Origin: Mobula hypostoma
Taxonomy: Eukaryota
Assembly: GCF_963921235.1 (NCBI RefSeq)
Contig: NC_086101.1
Span: 5,272,001 to 5,336,000 of the forward strand
Reading direction: 5' to 3'
DNA: 64,000 bases
A program made the translations under genes and the position numbers. Under the pieces are notes generated by a model, which saw nothing but the letters and a program-made list of their open reading frames with translations, was not told where the DNA came from and searched no databases. Below, piece after piece: positions 57,066 through 64,000 of this stretch. Every line of letters begins with the position of its first letter. The stretch's first letter is position 1.

Positions 57066-60000
57066 AATCTGGCCCATCGAGTCTGCTCCACCATTCAATC
57101 ATGATCCTTTATTTCTATCTCCTCCTCAACCCCATTTCTCGGCCTTCTCCCTTGTAACATTTGATCCCATGTCCAATCAAGAACCTATCAATCTCTGCCC
57201 TAAATACACCCAACGACCTGGCCTCCACAGCTGCATGTGGCAACAAATTCCACAAATTCACTACCCTTTGGCTGAAGAAATTTCTTGCACCTCTGTTTCG
57301 AAGGGCACTCCTCTATCCTGACGGTGTGCCCTTTTTTCCTAGAATGTCCCACCATGGGAAACATCATTTCCACATCTACTCTTAGGCCTTTCAACATTCG
57401 AAAGGTTTCAATGAGATTTCCCGCGCCCCCCCGCCCATCCAGTGAGCACAGACCCAGAACCATCAAACCTTCCTTGTATAATAAACCATTTATTCCTTGA
57501 ATCATCCTTGTTAACCTCCTCTGGACCATCCCCAATGCCAGCATATCTGCCAGCATTTCTAAGATGAGGGGCCTAAAACTGTTCACAATACTCAAGGTGA
57601 GGCCTCACCAGTGCCTTATAAATCCTCAGCACCACATCCCTGCTCTTGTATTCTAGACCGCTTGAAATGAATGCTAACATGGCATTTGCCTTCCTCACCA
57701 CCAACTCAACCTGCAAGTTAAACTTCAGGGTGTTCTGCACAAGGGCTCCCAAGTCCCTCTGCATTTCAGATTCCTGGATTTTCTCCCATAAAACCATATA
57801 ACAATTACAGCACGGAAACAGGCCATCTCGGCCCTTCTGGTCCATGCCGAACTCTTACTCTCACCTAGTCCCACCGACCTGCACTCAACCCATAACCCTA
57901 CATTCCATTCCTGTCCATATAGCTATCAAATTTTGCTTTAAATGACAATACCGAACCTGCCTCTACCACTTCTGCTGGAAGCTCGTTTCACACAGCTACC
58001 ACTCTCTGAGTAAAGAAGTTCCCCCTCGTGTTACCCCTAAACATTTGCCACCTAACTCTCAACTCATGTCCTTTTGTTTCAATCTATCCTACTCTCAATG
58101 GAAAAAGCCTATCCACGTCAACTCTATCCCCTCATAATTTTAAATACTTCTATTAAGTCCCCCCTCAACCTTCTACACTCCAAAGAATAAAGCCTCAACT
58201 TGTTCCAACTTTCTCTGTAACTTAGGTGCTGAAATCCAGGTAACATTCTAGTAAATCTTCTCTATACTCTCTCTATTTTGTTGTCAACTTTCCTATAATT
58301 CGGTGACCAGAACTGTACGCAATACTCCAAATTTGGCCTTACCAATGCCTTGTACAATTTCAACATTACATCCCAACTCCTATACTCAATGCTCTGATTT
58401 ATAAAGGTCAGCATACCAAAAGCTTCCTTCACCATCTTATCCACATGAGGTTCCAACTTCAGGGAACTATGCACCATTATTCCTAGGTCCCTCTGTTCTA
58501 CTACATTCTTCAATGCCCTATCATTTACCATGAATGTCCTATTTTGATTAGTCTTACCAAAATATAGCACCTCACATTTATCAGCATTAAAGTCCATCTA
58601 CCATCTTTCAGCCCACTCTTCTAACTGGCCTAAATCTCTCTGCAAGCTTTGAAAACCTACTTCATTATCCACAACTCCACCTATCTTAGTATCATCTGCA
58701 TACTTACTCATCCAATTTACCACCCCATCATCCAGATCATTAATGTATATGACAAACAACATTGGACCCAGTACAGATCCCTGAGGCACACCATTAGTCA
58801 CCGGCCTCCAATCTGACAAACAGTTATCCACCACTACTCTCTGGCGTCTCCCATCCAGCCACTGCTGAATCCATTTTACTACTTCAATATTAATACCTAA
58901 CAATTGAACCTTCCTAACTAACCTTCCATGTGGAACCTTGTCAAAGGCCTTACTGAAGTTCACATAGACAACATTCACCACAGACAATGTCCATCGTCAA
59001 CTTTCCTAGTAACCTCTTCAAAAAATTCAATAAGATTTGTCAAACATAACCTTCCACGCACGAATTCATGTTGACTGTTCCTAATCAGACCCTGTCAACT
59101 CAGATGATTATATATACCATCTCTAAGCATACTTTCCATCAATTTACCAACCACTGACATCAAACTCACAGGCCGAATATTGCTAGGTTTACTCTTAGAG
59201 CCCTTTTTAAACAATGGAACAACATGAGCAATACGCCAATCCTCCGGCACCATCCCTGTTTCTAATGACATTTGAAATATTTCTGTCAGAGCTCCTGCTA
59301 TTTCCACTCTAACTTCCCTCAAGGTCCTAGGGAATATCCTGTCAGGACCCAGAGACTTATCCACCTTTATATTCCTTAAAAGTGCCAGTACTTCTTCTTC
59401 TTTAATCATCATAGTTTCCATAACGTCCCTACCTGTTTCCCTTACCTTACACAATTCAATATCCTTCTCCTTAGTGAATACCGAAGAAAATATATTGTTG
59501 AAATTCTCCCTCATCTCTTTTTGGTTCCACACATAGCTGTCCACTCTGATTCTCTAAGGGACCAATTTTATTCCTCACTATCCTTTTGCTGTTAATATAA
59601 CTGTAGAAACCCTTCGGATTTATTTTTACCTTACTTGCCAAAGCAACTTCATATCTTCTTTTAGCTTTTCTAATTTCTTTCTTAAGATTCTTTTTACATT
59701 CTTTATATTCCTCGAGCACCTTATTTACTTCATGCTGCCTATATTTATTGTAGATATCTCTCTTTTTCCGAACCAAGTTTCCAATATCCCTTGAAAACCA
59801 TGGCTCTCTCAAACTTTTAACCTTTCCTTTCGACCTAACAGGAACTTGAAGATTCTGTACCCTCAAAATTTCACCTTTGAATGACCTCTATTTCTCTATT
59901 ACATTCTTCCAATAAAACAATTTGTCCCAATCCACTCCTTCTAAATCCTTTTGCATCTCCTCAAAGTTAGCCTTTCTCCAATGAAAAATCTCAACTCTGG

Positions 60001-61210
60001 TCTAGAGCTATCCTTCTTCAAAATTATATTGAAACTAATGGCATTGTGACCACTGGACCCGAAGTGCTCCCCAACACATACCTCTGTCACCTGACCCATC
60101 TCATTCCCTAACACAGAAACATAGAAAATAGGTGCAGGAGTAGGCCATTCGGCCCTTCGAGCCTGCACCACCATTTATTATGATCATGGCTGATCATCCA
60201 ACTCAGAACCCCACCCCAGCCTTCCCTCCATACCCCCTGACCCCTGTAGCCACAAGGGCCATATCTAACTCCCTCTTAAATATAGCCAATGAACTGGCCT
60301 CAACTGTTTCCTGTGGCAGAGAATTCCACAGATTCACCACTCTCTGTGTGAAGAAGTTTTTCCTAATCTCGGTCCTAAAAGGCTTCCCCTCTATCCTCAA
60401 ACTGTGGCCCCTCGTTCTGGACTTCCCCAACATCGGGAACAATCTTCCTGCATCTAGCCTGTCCAATCCCTTTAGGATTTTATACGTTTCAATCAGATCC
60501 CCCCTCAATCTTCTAAATTCCAACGAGTACAAGCCCAGTTCATCCAGTCTTTCTTCATATGAAAGTCCTGCCATCCCAGGAATCAATCTGGTGAACCTTC
60601 TTTGTACTCCCTATGGCAAGGATGTCTTTCCTCAGATTAGGGGATCTAACACTGACCCTTCTCTAGTTGGTACCCCTATGTATTGCTGCAAAAACTATCC
60701 TGCACACATTTTACAAACTCCAAACCATCCAGCCCTTGCTTCCCAGTCTATGTGTGGAAAATTAAGATCTCCCACCTTGTGCTTACTACAAATATCTGCT
60801 ATCCCCTTTTAGAAAATAGTCCTCACATTTATTTCTGCTACCAAAGTGCATGACCAATGCATTTTCCAACATTGTATTTCATTTGCCACTTTCTTGCCCA
60901 TTCTCCTAATCTGTCTAAGTCCTTCTGCATCCTACCTGCTTCCTCAGTACTACCTGCCCCTCCACTAATCTATGTATCATCTGCAAACTTGGCAACAAAG
61001 CCATCTATTCCATCATCTAAATAATTGATATACAGTATAAAAAGTAGCGGTCCCAACACCAACCCCTGTGGAACACCAGTAGTCCACTAGCAGCCAATCA
61101 GACTCCTTGTCAAAGACCTTCTGCACTTTGTTTTGACAAAGACCTTGTCAAAGTACAAATATGCAATATCCACTGCAACAGCTTCAGCTCTCCTACTTGC
61201 AATCTCCTCA
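57066..61210 (-). mobile_element. Nested CR1 cluster (three levels)
   Basis: Outer ~57066-57789 + ~60808-61210; middle ~57790-60112 + ~60644-60807; inner ~60113-60643, of the same family as the young copies. Confidence 0.85.
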
Positions 61211-62383
61211 AGTGCTTTTCATGCAGTTCACTTTCTAACTCTAGACCACCTATTGTATAGTTATATCAATATTTCTACTCCCTATATGTAATCCTTCACA
61301 TTTTCTTAAATTAGATTTCGTCTGTTGTTTATTCAATTATATATAGTATTTTAGTAATTTTATGTTTAGCACTGTATTGCCTCTGTAAGAAAAAATAAAT
61401 TTTATGACATCTGTAGGTGATGATCTGACCACGTCTAACTTTATTGATTCTTCGGCCTTACTGCCAATCTCCCTAATTTAGTGTCATTGGCAAACTTTAC
61501 TAGCTTATCTCCTATTTACTTATCCAATTCATTAATGTAAAATAAAAACAGCAGTGACACCAAAAATGTTCCCTGTGGAACCCCACTTTTAACATCTTCC
61601 AGGTGTGAAAATGATCCTCTCACCATAACTCGTTGTTTTCTGTTTTTGAACCAATTCTGCACCCATTTGCACACCTTACCCTGAATCTCTACCTCCTGTA
61701 ATTTGATTATTCACCTCTCATGGGGTACCTTGTCTGAAGCCTTCTGAAAGTCCAAGTGAATGGCAGTAATCAGGGTCAGGGGCTGTCTCAGGTTGTCAGG
61801 GTTCTCAACCTGTCGTTGTCTGATCTTAGTAGGTGCCCTCTCCATAGATAAACCTGGGTATAACCTCTCAGTCAAATATCTCCACACTAAGCAAAATATA
61901 AGAGATTTATAAAAATTAACAGTAAATACTTAAAACCATACAGTATGTACTCTTCAATCTTCCACTTATGTGCTGCTGACCTCATGATGCCTGGTGAGGT
62001 CCCTTGTATTTAAAACTCATCTTACCAAAGTTTCAAACTTATTCTATAAAACACAAACATACACATAAACAAGTATGCTACTCTGGCACCCTGAACGGTC
62101 AGTAACCACCTATTGCAACTGGTGGCCGTTTCAGCAAGCCATATAAAACTGTCTTATAACCAGTCTCTTACACAAGCATGCATGCAAAGTCACCTGCACC
62201 ACACTTTTATATCTACAGTTCAGCTCTCCCCTGTGTTCTTTGTTGTTTTGTGATCATTAATCTGAATATCTAAGTGTGGGTGCTACTCTTAAATATAATT
62301 ACCCCTCCCCTTTATATTGCTTAAATCATTGGTCACACAGTGGGTCACGAACATATCCCGGATGAGCCCCTAAATTTTGTGAC

Positions 62384-62980
62384 TGTAATCAAAGTCACTG
62401 GAGAAGCACTAAAGATGGTGATATAGAAGTCTTTATTTGTTACACGAAGCAGGCATCATTCTGGGAGCACTCTTGGTGGAGGTTCACAAACTTAAAATAC
62501 ATCACATTTTTATACCTTTAAAATCAATGGTAGGAGAAGGTGATTCAATACGATTGCAGTAGTTACAATGACATCATTTGCTTCAATACTTTGAGTTGAC
62601 AGTGCTTCCTTTGAATGAAATATCGACAGTGGGAGACACCTCTGAAAATGTTCAGATACTGGGACACTTCCCAGAACTTACACAATAGCACATAGTTGAT
62701 GCAGGGCCTTTAGCATAAGCCTGTTGTTTTAATGCAACTTACGGTTTATGGACTCTTCCATTAATGGCATAAAAAAAGATTGGGAACCCCCCCCGTCTTA
62801 ACGTATGGCTGATGCATATTCAATTTCTTTCTCTGCAGAGCGGCCTGTACTTGTAACTTCAATTTACTGCTTGCAATCTTCACAAAATGATACTGAAGGC
62901 TTATTGTAAGCTTCCTGAACTTATTTACATTTACGATCATAGCTTAAGACTGGATCTTGTTTGGATTAATATCTGCTATA
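62384..62980 (-). mobile_element. LTR-like repeat, second copy
   Basis: Starts tgtaatc; minus-strand TATAAAAA (~62507-62514) and AATAAA (~62432-62437); homologous to 56428-56810. Confidence 0.55.
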
Positions 62981-63503
62981 GAACAGAGAACATAGAAATC
63001 TACAGCACATTACAAGCCCTTCGGCCCACAACGTTGTGCTGACCATGTAACCTACTCTAGAAGCTGCCTAGAATTTCCCAAGCACATAACCTTCTATTTT
63101 TCTAACCTTCTATTTTTCTAAGCTCTAAGAGTCTCTTTAAAGACCCTATTGTATCCGCTTCCACCACCACCACTGGCAGTCCATTCCATGCAGCCACCAC
63201 TCTGTGTGTGAAAAACATACCCTGACATTTCCTCGGTACCCATTTCCAAGCACCTTAAAACTATGCACCTTCGTGTTAGCCATTTTACCCCTGGGAAAAA
63301 GCCTCTGGCTATCCACACGATCAATGCCTCTCATCATCTATCGGGTCACCTCTCATCCTCTGTCACTCCTAAGAGAAAAGACCAAGTTCACTCAACCTAT
63401 TCTCATAAGGTACTCCCTCCAATCCAGGCAACAACCCTGTAAATCTCCTCTGCATTCTCTCTACGGTATCCACATCCTTCCTGTAGTGAGGTGAGCAGAA
63501 CTG
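62981..63503 (-). mobile_element. CR1 3' fragment
   Basis: [16 protein letters not shown]...; same subfamily as the 15480 and 47061 copies. Confidence 0.85.
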
Positions 63504-63566
63504 ATTCTCATAACTCCAGAATACTTCCAAACAATGTCGACCTTTTAACCTATGCTAACTAATTCT

Positions 63567-63977
63567 CTTCTCCATGGATTGTCACCTTGTCGTGGTGGAG
63601 AAGCTTGTGTGGTCCTGTGATCCCAAGAGCTGTGCTCCTGGTAGGGTCACCCATGGTGGTAAGGTCGAGGGTGAGGTCCCTGACAAAGAACAATCCAACC
63701 AAGACCTCAACGGTGAAACAGGCGGACAAAATTACTTTGAATTCAACGGCTGTGAAGGTGGATGAAGGCTGCAACAAATCCATCTGCTTCAATCGTCATG
63801 GTTTCCATGTCACTGGAATCAGTTGGTTGATTTGTGAAGTATCGTGTGCTTCTTGGAGTGCAACATCAAGTACACATTAAACAAATACACGCACAGGTGT
63901 CTTCGCTCAGTGGGCCTCTTCTTCAGAATGAAGACCATCATTCTCGACCTCGAGAGATAGCCACGATGACGACAATG
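63567..63977 (+). mobile_element. Complete short RTE-derived non-autonomous retroelement (411 bp) with 10-bp TSD
   Basis: RTE-type 5' region (caccttgtcgtggtggag...ggtagggtcaccca), (gat/gac)n tail, aactaattct at 63557-63566 and 63978-63987. Confidence 0.8.
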
Positions 63978-64000
63978 AACTAATTCTAACTACTCTAACC

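Noticed and set aside
60105..60652. ctaacac as a TSD of the inner CR1
   Set aside because: Both words appear to belong to the host CR1's own sequence, so a TSD cannot be claimed.

Overview
Vertebrate genomic DNA, very probably a cartilaginous fish (ray/skate). This is inferred from the repeat landscape of CR1 LINEs, Rex1/Babar-type LINEs, Penelope-like elements and V-SINE-like SINEs, not from a search. Two host genes lie on the + strand. (1) The last coding exon of a divergent Lhx2/Lhx9 (apterous-group) LIM-homeobox gene (5651-5926); its upstream exons are outside the window. (2) A complete 10-exon steroid 21-hydroxylase-like gene (CYP21; 28124-56329, 1512-nt CDS, 503 aa, all introns GT-AG). 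Most of the remainder is transposon debris and minisatellites. Most notable observations: an Lhx2/9 paralog next to CYP21 (possible MHC-paralogon ohnolog); a young CR1 whose ORF1/ORF2 junction carries a U_UUA_AAC slippery heptamer with no in-frame AUG for ORF2 (candidate -1 frameshift); two near-identical CR1 copies forming a 2568-bp inverted repeat around the CYP21 promoter and exon 1; recurrent palindromic Penelope-terminal insertions carrying minimal hammerhead ribozyme motifs; and a relic duplicate of the CYP21 exon 5 acceptor region upstream of the gene. Repeat boundaries are approximate unless a junction is quoted.
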